From a virus (taxonomy: Duplodnaviria; Caudoviricetes), in the IMG/VR virus record IMGVR_UViG_3300034068_000558, positions 1 to 61,196 of that record: a DNA stretch of 61,196 nucleotides; one strand, given 5' to 3'. The translations under genes were made by a program, and so were the position numbers. Positions 28,406 through 37,551 of this stretch are shown one piece after another. Numbering within the stretch: the stretch's first letter is position 1; the number at the start of each line of letters is the position of its first letter. A model generated the notes under the pieces. The model did not search any database. It worked only from the letters and a program-made list of their open reading frames with translations, and had not been told where the DNA came from.

Positions 28406-29428
28406 TTAGAAGCAGTCGGAATAGATTCCGGTATCGTTCATGTGTGTGTCGCTACGGGAATCCGGTATCATGTAAACCCATGCGGTTACCGTGCCACCCT
28501 TAATGAGTTGCACCTGTATCTCTTTGCGCTGATACCAATCGGGATGCCCCTCTAAGGAATCCAGACGGGCAAGGGTTGCTTCATCCACACGGTAGACCTC
28601 GACACGCACACGCTTGCCAACCCCCTTTCTGTCAATCAGGTAGGGCAACCCGTCGATCACTAGAGGGTAAGCGGTAGCGGTGTATGCGTCGCCTAGGCAA
28701 TAGCTCCTCTCAAGCAGGCGGTGATTGCCGTGCCCGCTCTTAAGGGTTCCGTATACGGCGACACTTACGAGCTTGCCGGATGGGGGTTCCGGTACGACAG
28801 TTATGGGGTCAGACCAGTCATCCTGTTCATCCCACCCATACTTACCCCACGCTTCCCATGTTTCGTACTGCTCATCCTCATCCGCCTCTACGCCACTATA
28901 ACTTGTCTTGTATGTAGCGGCGGAAAGACTTCTCTTCTCTGTTGGGAAGCAGTTGGCCTTGCTGTAATGAATGCCGTCTCGGATAGCCCACAGATCGTTA
29001 TTGATAATGGTGACTTGTCCGTTACTGCGATTGAGTAGGGCGAAGCGGCACGCATACGTTGTCAGTATGTCAACGATCTTCGGCTCGCTTAGTCCGTTGA
29101 GTATCTTGCAAAGCTCGACCGTATCGACCGACTTCTTAGATACCAGCCTGTCAATAGTCCCGTTCATCATGAGGGAGAACGTGTCGTCAATCGGGAACGG
29201 GTGACAGTTCGCTTCAGTGACAGGCCCGCTTGTGGCATACCTGAAGTGTGCTGTGAACGGCCTGCCTGTTTCAAGCAGGTCGTAACTCTCATCCCATGAC
29301 ATCGTATGTATGATCTCCTTCGTGTCATGGAAGAAGATACCGAACCCGTCAGGGTTAAGGCATAGGGCGTTGTCGAGAATCTCTTGCGAGATTTGTTTAG
29401 CTTTCGGATTGTGTATGATAAGGCACAT
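28406..29428 (-). CDS. Class II glutamine amidotransferase fused to gamma-glutamylcyclotransferase (AIG2-like)
   Basis: MC start, NPDGFG, HFRYATSG, NCHPF, NG; C-terminal VAVYGTLKSG, EVY, LDSLEGHP.WY.R. Confidence 0.9.
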   Translation of the reverse strand: MCLIIHNPKAKQISQEILDNALCLNPDGFGIFFHDTKEIIHTMSWDESYDLLETGRPFTAHFRYATSGPVTEANCHPFPIDDTFSLMMNGTIDRLVSKKSVDTVELCKILNGLSEPKIVDILTTYACRFALLNRSNGQVTIINNDLWAIRDGIHYSKANCFPTEKRSLSAATYKTSYSGVEADEDEQYETWEAWGKYGWDEQDDWSDPITVVPEPPSGKLVSVAVYGTLKSGHGNHRLLERSYCLGDAYTATAYPLVIDGLPYLIDRKGVGKRVRVEVYRVDEATLARLDSLEGHPDWYQRKEIQVQLIKGGTVTAWVYMIPDSRSDTHMNDTGIYSDCF

Positions 29429-29461
29429 AATGTATTTGTTTTCTATTGTTTAGGTTGGGGT

Positions 29462-29486
29462 CTTATTCCGTTGGTTACGGAATAAG
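29462..29486. repeat. CTTATTCCG-loop-CGGAATAAG hairpin (5 copies, 29462-31741)
   Basis: Perfect 10-bp stem; related copies at 30917, 31214, 31262 and 31717. Confidence 0.85.
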
Positions 29487-29495
29487 GTTTGTTGT

Positions 29496-30809
29496 TTAGA
29501 TCCACTGTTGGATGGATTGGTCAGCAACACCGTCGAGCATCCAGACACGGAACTTGCGGGCCAGTCTTAATACCCTTGCATACTTCATGCGGTCGGTCCC
29601 ATACGCCCCGTTCAGCAGTAGCTGGCGGCACGACTTGACATACTGGTTGAACGTCAAGCCGTCTCGGATGGCGCGGCATGTCTCGCCAGCCCATTCGAAT
29701 CGGCGTATCAGTTGCTCACAACTATGAACACGGGACGGAAGGCGGAGTTCAATCCCGAAGGACTTCGTAATGACAGGCGAGTACTTATCGGTGCCGTGCT
29801 CAATCTTCTTGTCATTCCGGCAGTAGCTATTCACTAGCCGGTGACGATAGACCGCATACCATAGCGGGGCATACTCACGGAACCCCTTCATCAACTCTCT
29901 CGGCGAGTGGCTGGTCGAACTGATATTGATATGCCCGCCGCAGGTTGAATCACAATCGGCGTTGATATAGTCTCTCGCATCGTTCACGTCAACCCTGAAC
30001 GACTCAACCTTGTCAGGGTCAAGCGGATCATAGGCATGAGTAATGCCCTCAATTCCGCATGACGCATCGGTTTCCCAGTATGCGAACAGATTGGTTTCGT
30101 CTATGCGGTCGCCCTCGGAATCTGCCCCCATCACACTAGTCTTCTCTACCTCAAAGCCAACGGCAAAGCCGCTGCCGTTGAAGTCGCTATAGATGTTCGG
30201 GCTTATTCCGCTACGATGGTAAGGGAACACCCTATCCAGCGACTGTGGCTGGCAATCCTCGCACTCGGACTCTTCACCAAATACATGCTCGGCGGATGAA
30301 GGGCAATAGTGACAGCGGGATTCGTGATACCACTCGCCGCCGCTACAGTAGTAATAGTCCTCGTCACCCTCTAAGAAGGTATTACCGTCGCCATCCACCC
30401 GCAGCAAGTCTGCCGAATCCAGATAGTACTCCCCGCAGTATGCGGTCACATCTGAAAGGTGCTCTGTCGTCTCACTATGCTCACAGTAAACGGTATACCG
30501 TGACTCGGAGTATACATCCGCTTCGTCGCAGTACTCAACGTCACCATTTTCCAATGCGAGGTCTAACTGGTCTTGTGTATGCCAGTCGGACATAGCCGCA
30601 GCCCAACGGCTGCGCGGGTTGCTGCATGAGTTGAACACCCTATGGCAATCCTCCTCCCTATGGCGTGTGCCATCTATAGTCTGGACAAGTTCGACGGCGA
30701 AGACTACGGCCTGCTGCCTGCCATAGCTAACCTCGAACTCAAACGGGACGCCGTCAAAGCGGCAAGTCATTCCATCAAACGCATTCACTAACTCTTGTGT
30801 TGTTTTCAT
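29496..30809 (-). CDS. Amidoligase (COOH-NH2 ligase) with a Cys/Tyr/acidic N-terminal region
   Basis: VGFEVE, ETDASCGIE, TCGGHINIS, IELRL. Confidence 0.8.
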   Translation of the reverse strand: MKTTQELVNAFDGMTCRFDGVPFEFEVSYGRQQAVVFAVELVQTIDGTRHREEDCHRVFNSCSNPRSRWAAAMSDWHTQDQLDLALENGDVEYCDEADVYSESRYTVYCEHSETTEHLSDVTAYCGEYYLDSADLLRVDGDGNTFLEGDEDYYYCSGGEWYHESRCHYCPSSAEHVFGEESECEDCQPQSLDRVFPYHRSGISPNIYSDFNGSGFAVGFEVEKTSVMGADSEGDRIDETNLFAYWETDASCGIEGITHAYDPLDPDKVESFRVDVNDARDYINADCDSTCGGHINISSTSHSPRELMKGFREYAPLWYAVYRHRLVNSYCRNDKKIEHGTDKYSPVITKSFGIELRLPSRVHSCEQLIRRFEWAGETCRAIRDGLTFNQYVKSCRQLLLNGAYGTDRMKYARVLRLARKFRVWMLDGVADQSIQQWI

Positions 30810-30982
30810 ATGTTTATATAGCCTGTATCCTGTAACGCTTCGGCATACGTTACGCTGTTACTTTACTGGTGAGGTAACACGACTCACTTGCGGTTCAACA
30901 CGAACTGCCCTATGTCCTTATTCCGTTTGAGCAGAATAAGGACAACGGGCAATCAGCAAAGGTCAAGACGGTCTTGACTTTC

Positions 30983-31180
30983 TTACAGACGGATTCCTTT
31001 CGCCAATGCCGGCAGGTCGAAGGATAGGGTGGACAGGCGGGACGGCAACCATAAGCACAAGCCGCGCCCTAAGACGGGGATGGGCTTGTCTAACGCCCGC
31101 AATGCGGATGGGTTCTTCGCCATGAGATAAACGATTGCGGCGGTGATTTGTATTGCGTTGTCTATTCTATTTGATGTCAT
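30983..31180 (-). CDS. Hypothetical protein
   Basis: Short ORF flanked by repeat elements. Confidence 0.5.
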   Translation of the reverse strand: MTSNRIDNAIQITAAIVYLMAKNPSALRALDKPIPVLGRGLCLWLPSRLSTLSFDLPALAKGIRL

Positions 31181-31312
31181 ATTGTATAATGCAGGTTACT
31201 TACTGCCCTATGCCCTTATTCCGGTGAACGGATTAAAGGCAATGGGCAATGAGCCTGCATCCTTATTCCGTTGAACGGATTAAGGATGCAGGATGCAGGA
31301 TTCCGGTTAGGC

Positions 31313-31681
31313 TTAGGCTTTGGCGAGCTTGGCGGTGACGGCCTTCACTTGCTTCGCCGTTAGATCCTTTGGCATAGCGGCAAGCCACGCCGTGAATGCC
31401 TCGGCTTGTTTGTCTTTCTTCTCAGCGGGAGAAGCGGGCTTTCTTCCGGCACCCGCCGCCCGACGCCGGATTCCGGCATCGCGGAGGATGTCGCCTAACC
31501 ATTTGGTCGAATAGTCTAACCCCTCTCCGAAGGCAATGAATGCCTCAGCGAACTCCTTATCATCTAACGCCTTGTGGTCACTGCGCAGCGTGACGAGCGC
31601 GGCGACGAGTTTGCTCTCACCCTTGTGGACGGCGAGCATGAGTGGTGCAAGCGTGGCGAATTGGATATTATTTGTTTTCAT
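31313..31681 (-). CDS. Hypothetical basic protein, first gene of the minus-strand early cluster
   Basis: 122-aa ORF with an A-rich leader. Confidence 0.75.
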   Translation of the reverse strand: MKTNNIQFATLAPLMLAVHKGESKLVAALVTLRSDHKALDDKEFAEAFIAFGEGLDYSTKWLGDILRDAGIRRRAAGAGRKPASPAEKKDKQAEAFTAWLAAMPKDLTAKQVKAVTAKLAKA

Positions 31682-31818
31682 ATCAGTCTATTTTTGTTTT
31701 GTTATTTGATTGTCGTCTTATTCCGCAGTGACGGAATAAGAACCGCAGGGACTTCCCCGCTTCATAGACTAGGGAATAGACCCGTCCGCGCCCCGCCCTT
31801 GGATCATGCAGCAAGAAC

Positions 31819-31878
31819 CCTGCATCCTGTATCCGGTACCAGTTAGAGGGGTTCAGGATACAGGATAGAGGATACAGG
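31819..31878. repeat. Cluster of 7-bp-period CAGGATA-type repeats in both orientations
   Basis: CCTGCATCCTGTATCCGG then CAGGATACAGGATAGAGGATACAGG. Confidence 0.7.
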
Positions 31879-32003
31879 CTACGGGTGGGGGTCCGTGTTT
31901 TATGCGAGCTCGGTACCGATAGGTACTATCGTGAGAAAAAAATAATTGAGGTTGACGAAAGGGTGGGGAGTAGGCAGAGTAGAGCCCTTACGTGTAAAAT
32001 TAT

Positions 32004-32231
32004 ATGGATAAAAGCTACTACGACAGGAACAAGGAAGCTCGAAAGGAGTACCAGAAGGCGTACTACAACGCTAAAAAGGGCGAACTGCGGCGGAAAAGGG
32101 AGCTCGATGTGGAACTAAACCCAGAAAAGCAAGAGAAAAATCGAAAATATCAGCGAGAATACTACTTGACACACCGGCAAAACTTGTTGGAACGCAAGAG
32201 GTTACGCTACAATGACGCGAAAAGTGCGTGA
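32004..32231 (+). CDS. Small basic Tyr/Arg/Lys-rich protein
   Basis: YY..NKE..KEYQK repeats. Confidence 0.65.
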   Translation: MDKSYYDRNKEARKEYQKAYYNAKKGELRRKRELDVELNPEKQEKNRKYQREYYLTHRQNLLERKRLRYNDAKSA

Positions 32232-32319
32232 AACCTGTATCCGGTACCCTAATTGCATAATCCGGCATCCCGATTGGGGTAAAAGTTGCATTACTGCAAG
32301 ATAAGACTTGCTTTTTAGG

Positions 32320-32349
32320 GCGTGTGTCGGTGTCGGCACACGCTTTTTT
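32320..32349 (+). terminator. Rho-independent terminator
   Basis: GCGTGTGTCG-gtgt-CGGCACACGC followed by TTTTTT. Confidence 0.75.
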
Positions 32350-32534
32350 GTGCTAGATCTAACATACATCTAGCAGGAAGGGGTCAGCTTGTTGAAAATA
32401 GTGAGCAGGAATTTCAACAAGGCGAGGCTGTCTCGCGGACCGCAATCGCACCGCCCCACTCCGGCTTCAGGATACAGGATTCTGGCTCCATTTAGTAAGT
32501 CAGAAATTATTTGAGAGGACTTTTGGTGTTTTGG

Positions 32535-32660
32535 ATGGACTTTACTACACGGGAGGAAAATCTGAAGAGTTTCTCAAACTAGTGTTATTCAATATAATTC
32601 AATAATTCAATATAATTTTGAATAATTGAATTAATGAGTTAATATGAATTACCTAAAGGG
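32535..32660. repeat. 126-bp AT-rich direct repeat, copy B (origin-like)
   Basis: Ungapped match to 6886-7011; AATAATTC-type iterations. Confidence 0.9.
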
Positions 32661-32723
32661 GAAAAGATATATATAGTATACACTAGCATTAATTCACATT
32701 GTAATTTTAATTGAACGAAATAC

Positions 32724-32752
32724 TTGACGGGGTTTGGGTTCCGCCCTACGAT
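32724..32752 (+). promoter_or_regulatory. sigma70-type promoter
   Basis: TTGACG-17-TACGAT. Confidence 0.7.
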
Positions 32753-32759
32753 CTTGCCC

Positions 32760-33317
32760 ATGCAAGAAGCGAAGCGATTACGACACGGCGATGCGCGAGG
32801 GGACGGTTTTGTGTTCTGGGGTTATCGGAACACTTGTCGCAATTCGGAGTATTGGGTTTCGCGAGAGAGATTTGATATTCTCCGACTTACCCAGACTACG
32901 AAATACCATGAGCAGAATCACCTTAGGGTGAAACATAAGAAACCCAAGAAGGAGCGGTTTGTCTCTGACCTGTTTCCGATACGCCGTCGCCGCAAGCCAG
33001 TCCGAAGAATAATTCAGAAAGAAATTGACAAGCTGCCCTTTGCCCCTATTTTGCCCCTCGACATGACTACCCCATCCGAACTCACCGTAATCCCGAACTA
33101 CTCGAAATATGCCATTGCCTTTGACGGCACTGTCTTCCGCGTTCTCCCTGCATCGAGAGGCCGTACTGCTGGCTTGACCCACCGTGTGACTCCCGTCATC
33201 CATCCGAGAGGCCACCAATGGTGTGTGCAGCTTACGGACGATGACGGCAAGCGTCGTCGGTTGCCCATCAAGAAACTCGTCAATAGCGTCTTCGGGGACG
33301 CGGAAACAATTTCTTGA
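32760..33317 (+). CDS. NUMOD4-like protein related to homing endonucleases (no intact HNH motif seen)
   Basis: IPNYSKYAIAFDGTV...VQL.DDDGKRR. Confidence 0.55.
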   Translation: MQEAKRLRHGDARGDGFVFWGYRNTCRNSEYWVSRERFDILRLTQTTKYHEQNHLRVKHKKPKKERFVSDLFPIRRRRKPVRRIIQKEIDKLPFAPILPLDMTTPSELTVIPNYSKYAIAFDGTVFRVLPASRGRTAGLTHRVTPVIHPRGHQWCVQLTDDDGKRRRLPIKKLVNSVFGDAETIS

Positions 33318-33342
33318 CTTTTGGGATAGCTCTCCCTATTGT
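33314..33342 (+). promoter_or_regulatory. sigma70-type promoter of the portal gene
   Basis: TTGACT-17-TATTGT. Confidence 0.65.
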
Positions 33343-33350
33343 TTCTCTCT

Positions 33351-35603
33351 GTGACGCAAAATTCGCCCGCTACTCCTTCCGGTCTAAACGAGTTTGACCT
33401 GCTCAACCTTGACCCTGTAACGGGAACGCCACCTGAATCGCGCCTTCGTGATGTCAAAGCCGCAAACTCAATCTATGATACCCTTCGAAAGGCTGACGAG
33501 AAAGCATCAAGCAATCGCGCTCGCACTGATGCTATGTTTGACGGCGCACCCCCGTACGACCAGCGCGTCTTGTATTCTACGGGCCAAGGCAACCGGACCA
33601 ACCTAAACTTCGGTGAGGCCCAACGCTATCTGGATGTGTCGATGTCGGCTTATGTTGACCTCTACACATCGTTGGATAAGCTGATGAATGTCAAGACACA
33701 GCTGGGCGAATTGGCAACGCGACGGGACTCCGACGACATCATTGCCGAAGAGCTTACGCAAATGCTGCGCGAGTGGCCTGAGTTCCACAGCAGCTACCTT
33801 CGCCTGTGTACTGAGTTCACCAAACACGGAGTTGGCGTTGCTTACTTTGAAGACCCACACAGTTGGAAGTTCCGTGTATGCGGATTGGGTGACTTCCTCA
33901 TTCCGAGGCAAACCCCCGCATCCGAGGAGTATATCGAAGTAGCCTGTGCCCGTCGCCAGTATCTGCTCCACGAACTCTATGCCTTCATCAAGAACCCTGA
34001 AGCCGCTGAGAGGGTTGGCTGGGACGTTGAGGAAGTCAAGCGGGCCATTATGAAGAACGCCCGCACTTCCGGTCGTAACGGCAGCAACACCTATGCTGAC
34101 TGGGAGAGCACCCAGCGTGAGATGAAGAACAACGACCTGTATACGGGTCTTGAGAACACCACCGTTCAGGTTGTGCACATGTGGGTCCGGGAGTTTGATG
34201 GCTCTGTTTCCTTACTAATGTTTTGTGAAGAGACCCCAAAGTCCTTCATGTTTAAACAAACACGGATGTTTGAGAAGCCTGAACAAGCATACGTGCTGTT
34301 CTCTTACGGCGTGGGCACAAACGGCACCTACCATTCGGTTCGTGGTTTGGGGCATCGCATCTTCAACCATGTCCAGACGAGCAACCGCATCCGCTGCCAG
34401 ATGCTTGACAGCGCGATGATGTCTGGTGCGGTAATGATCCAGCCGGAGACGCAGCGTGCGCTTGAAGACCTATCCTTCACGATGTATGGCCCATACTCGA
34501 TCCTCTCGCCCAACGTGAAGGTCATCGAGAAGGCCGCGCCGAATCTGTCGCAGAACATGATTCCGGCTTTGAGCGACCTGCAAAGCCAGCTTTCCGCCAA
34601 TGTCGATTTGGTATCGACGTATGGCAACCAAAGCAGCCCGTACCGGAACAACCTACAGACTGAACACGACCTTGCCGTTTCTTCGCGCCTGACGGGGTCT
34701 ACAATCAATTTGTTTTACGCTAGCTGGGCCCGACTACTAAAGGAGGTCGTACGACGCGCTGTGAGCAATCCTCGACGCGATGACCGCACTAAGGCTTTCT
34801 TTGCCCGATGCGCCGAGCGCGGCGTGAGTGAGCAGGTCATTAAATCAATTGACCACAATAAGACTGTCGCCGTTAAGGCAATCGGTGCTGGCTCTGCCGC
34901 CAACCGCTTGCTTGCTCTTCGTGAGCTTAACCAGATTGCCGGAAGCTACGATGAAGTAGGTCGCCGCAATCTGATCCGCGACATCACTTCGGAACGGGTT
35001 GGTCGTGACCTTGTTGATCGCTATGCGCCAGCAAATCCAGAGCCACGAATGACTGTTGATGCGAAGATCGCGATGCTCGAAAATCAAGCAATGCAATCCG
35101 GCCAACCCGTAGCCGTTCTCGATAGTGAGCTACACGGAATGCACTTGCGGATTCACAACCCCCTGCTGCAACAACTTGTGGCTGGGATTGATTCCGGCGA
35201 GGTGGACCCGATGAAGGCTCTCCCATTGGTTGAGGCTATCTACCAACATTGCGCTGAGCATCTGCAATACCTTTCGGCTGATGTGTCGGCTAAGGCACAG
35301 ATTGCAGAATCAAAACAACTGTTGCAAATTGCACAGGAGGTCATCACCAACTTTAACCGCAAGCTGCAAGCACAACAGCGCAAGGCTATGGAGGCAGGTC
35401 AAGCCGAGGGGCAACCCCAAGAAGGGCAGCAAGCAGGCCCATCCCCAACCGAGATGAAGATGCAAGAGCACCAGCTTAAGATGCAGATCGCGCAGCAGAA
35501 AGCGCAGATCGAAATGCAGATCAAGCAAGCTAAGGCAGACCAAGACCTTTCGTTGAAAGATGCAGAGCGTGCGCTGAAAATTTCCGGTAACATAACCCAA
35601 TAA
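33351..35603 (+). CDS. Portal protein
   Basis: ~750 aa, Gln-rich C-terminal barrel as in P22-like portals, upstream of scaffold and capsid genes. Confidence 0.8.
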   Translation: MTQNSPATPSGLNEFDLLNLDPVTGTPPESRLRDVKAANSIYDTLRKADEKASSNRARTDAMFDGAPPYDQRVLYSTGQGNRTNLNFGEAQRYLDVSMSAYVDLYTSLDKLMNVKTQLGELATRRDSDDIIAEELTQMLREWPEFHSSYLRLCTEFTKHGVGVAYFEDPHSWKFRVCGLGDFLIPRQTPASEEYIEVACARRQYLLHELYAFIKNPEAAERVGWDVEEVKRAIMKNARTSGRNGSNTYADWESTQREMKNNDLYTGLENTTVQVVHMWVREFDGSVSLLMFCEETPKSFMFKQTRMFEKPEQAYVLFSYGVGTNGTYHSVRGLGHRIFNHVQTSNRIRCQMLDSAMMSGAVMIQPETQRALEDLSFTMYGPYSILSPNVKVIEKAAPNLSQNMIPALSDLQSQLSANVDLVSTYGNQSSPYRNNLQTEHDLAVSSRLTGSTINLFYASWARLLKEVVRRAVSNPRRDDRTKAFFARCAERGVSEQVIKSIDHNKTVAVKAIGAGSAANRLLALRELNQIAGSYDEVGRRNLIRDITSERVGRDLVDRYAPANPEPRMTVDAKIAMLENQAMQSGQPVAVLDSELHGMHLRIHNPLLQQLVAGIDSGEVDPMKALPLVEAIYQHCAEHLQYLSADVSAKAQIAESKQLLQIAQEVITNFNRKLQAQQRKAMEAGQAEGQPQEGQQAGPSPTEMKMQEHQLKMQIAQQKAQIEMQIKQAKADQDLSLKDAERALKISGNITQ

Positions 35604-35618
35604 CACACTTATATGGCT
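35575..35618 (+). repeat. 44-bp direct repeat, copy 1
   Basis: 43/44 identical to 36701-36744. Confidence 0.92.
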
Positions 35619-36695
35619 AAAGACCCCAATAAGAATACTTTTGCTGCTGCTGTCGAAACCCGACTCGCTGCGCCTAAACCAAAGCAAGAAGCGGTTTTTT
35701 TTGCAAAGCGCGTTAGACAGCAGGGGGCGAAGGACACCGGAGTTCGAGGAGAACCAATCTTCCCAGAAGGTAAACCGAAATACAAAGTAGCGAGGCCAAC
35801 CCTTCTTGCTCCCACGGAGTTGGAAGAAGAATTGGGCATGGGCGTTCTGAAGAATCGCGGAGATTACATGGACTCTTATTTGACAAACATTGAAGGTGGT
35901 GCTGAAAAGTTTGTTGCGGAGCAGCGTGCAAATTATGAAAGGGATGATCCTGATGGTTTAAAGAAAGGGCAGTATGCTTTGTTCCCAGAGCAAAAAAACC
36001 CGCTAATAGAGTTTGATAAAAGAAAAAAACCTATTGCGGTTTATAAATCAGTCAAGCCAGATTCTTCTGGTGCTTACTACGACCGTAAAAGTGACTTAGT
36101 CGGGGGAGTAGATCTTAAACAGGCATACAGAGATAACCAGCAATATAACACTTTAGCCAAAAATGGCGACGAAAGAAAAGCCAGCGAAGTCAAGGAACTA
36201 TATTCTTCTGCGTCCCCTTATTATGCCTATGATGGCGCGGGGAGATCTATTGATGATAAGGATAGTGGGAATACTCTTTTTCACGAGCTAGCCCACTCTT
36301 ATACAAGTGGATCAGAAAAAGAACCACAAATTTACGAGCAGAAAAACGCAGGTGGTATTCAAGATAACTTGCTAAAAAGAGGGACCTACAACACTTCGGC
36401 TGATGCTGAATATGCCCAGAGTGTCGTTACAGGACTAAATTCAATGAGGTCAATCACTGGGCAAAAATTAAATGACCCGCAGTCAGTGCATCAATTATTT
36501 GATGAGATTGAGAAAAACCCTGCGATCTTGAATAATGTAAGCACGGAAGGTGGTCGCTTGTTCCGATCTTATTTCTACCTCAAAGAAAACAACCCGTGGG
36601 CAGCAGAAAAACTCCGAGAAGCAGCCGCACGCGATTCAAAATATCTAGTAGAAAACCAAGCAGCCGAAGTCTTAAAGTCCTACAGGAATGTTTAA
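35613..36695 (+). CDS. Zincin-like (HExxH) protein, probable inserted gene
   Basis: GAYY...TLFHELAHS...E; flanked by the 44-bp repeats. Confidence 0.7.
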   Translation: MAKDPNKNTFAAAVETRLAAPKPKQEAVFFAKRVRQQGAKDTGVRGEPIFPEGKPKYKVARPTLLAPTELEEELGMGVLKNRGDYMDSYLTNIEGGAEKFVAEQRANYERDDPDGLKKGQYALFPEQKNPLIEFDKRKKPIAVYKSVKPDSSGAYYDRKSDLVGGVDLKQAYRDNQQYNTLAKNGDERKASEVKELYSSASPYYAYDGAGRSIDDKDSGNTLFHELAHSYTSGSEKEPQIYEQKNAGGIQDNLLKRGTYNTSADAEYAQSVVTGLNSMRSITGQKLNDPQSVHQLFDEIEKNPAILNNVSTEGGRLFRSYFYLKENNPWAAEKLREAAARDSKYLVENQAAEVLKSYRNV

Positions 36696-36700
36696 CTTCA

Positions 36701-36744
36701 TGAAAATTTCTGGTAACATAACCCAATAACACACTTATATGGCT
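36701..36744 (+). repeat. 44-bp direct repeat, copy 2
   Basis: Match to 35575-35618. Confidence 0.92.
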
Positions 36745-37551
36745 GCTAAGACAAAAACTGAAAAAATCCGTGGTGAATTCGAAGGTAAATACGGAGCACC
36801 CAAAGACCCAAGTAAAAAGGTGCTCATCGGTATGAAGGGTGGCAAAGCCGTATACGGTGACGAATGGGACGAGGTCACCCCAATGGAGAATGAAATTACC
36901 AACACCTACTCACAGAATCAAGCTGAGCTAGGGCGAGTGGTCGCGGAGATGAAGCGTTCGGGCGGTATGTATAACCCGTCACCGAACGACATTACTCGGA
37001 TGGAGAATAAGTATCCGTCAGATGTAAAAGATACCCAAAGCCCAATTCCAAGGGTCGGGGCTAGCCCGATGATCGGCTCAGATTCCCCTGCGGCTATCTC
37101 GATGCGCGAGAACCCAGCACAAAACGTAGTTAATAATCAAGTCCTTCAAAGTTTACGGAACAAGGCGGCTCAGCAACAAGAAGCAAACAAAAGAAAGGGG
37201 CCGTCAACAATTGCACCCCCTTCCATCCAAAGAGAGCCGTACGCGACAAAAAAACTCGCAGTGGCACCCGCAGTGACGCCCGCAGTGACGCCCGCAGTGA
37301 CGCCCGCAGTGACGCCCGCAGTGACGCCCGCAGCGACAAAACCCGCAGTGCAGCAATACACACCATCAGCGACGGTAGCGACAAAGGCAAACGATGTTTT
37401 GGATAGCTTCGGGTTTAACACACTTACTGGCCAGATATTGCCACCGTATACGTCTCCTTTTCCTGTTGGTGAAACAAAACGAAAGAAGAGTACTACTGAA
37501 ATTATTCTTCCTGTTCCTCGGTCTAGTGCCCCTTATAAATTTTTATCATAG
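36739..37551 (+). CDS. Hypothetical low-complexity protein with PAVT repeats
   Basis: 270-aa ORF. Confidence 0.7.
   Translation: MAAKTKTEKIRGEFEGKYGAPKDPSKKVLIGMKGGKAVYGDEWDEVTPMENEITNTYSQNQAELGRVVAEMKRSGGMYNPSPNDITRMENKYPSDVKDTQSPIPRVGASPMIGSDSPAAISMRENPAQNVVNNQVLQSLRNKAAQQQEANKRKGPSTIAPPSIQREPYATKKLAVAPAVTPAVTPAVTPAVTPAVTPAATKPAVQQYTPSATVATKANDVLDSFGFNTLTGQILPPYTSPFPVGETKRKKSTTEIILPVPRSSAPYKFLS
37267..37333 (+). repeat. 12-bp tandem repeat (CCCGCAGTGACG) x5.6
   Basis: Seen directly; in frame, encodes PAVT. Confidence 0.95.

Noticed and set aside
24680-31741. Intergenic repeats as a CRISPR mini-array or solitary CRISPR-repeat mimics
   Set aside because: Spacing is irregular and gene-sized, and only short scrambled words resemble type I-F repeats.
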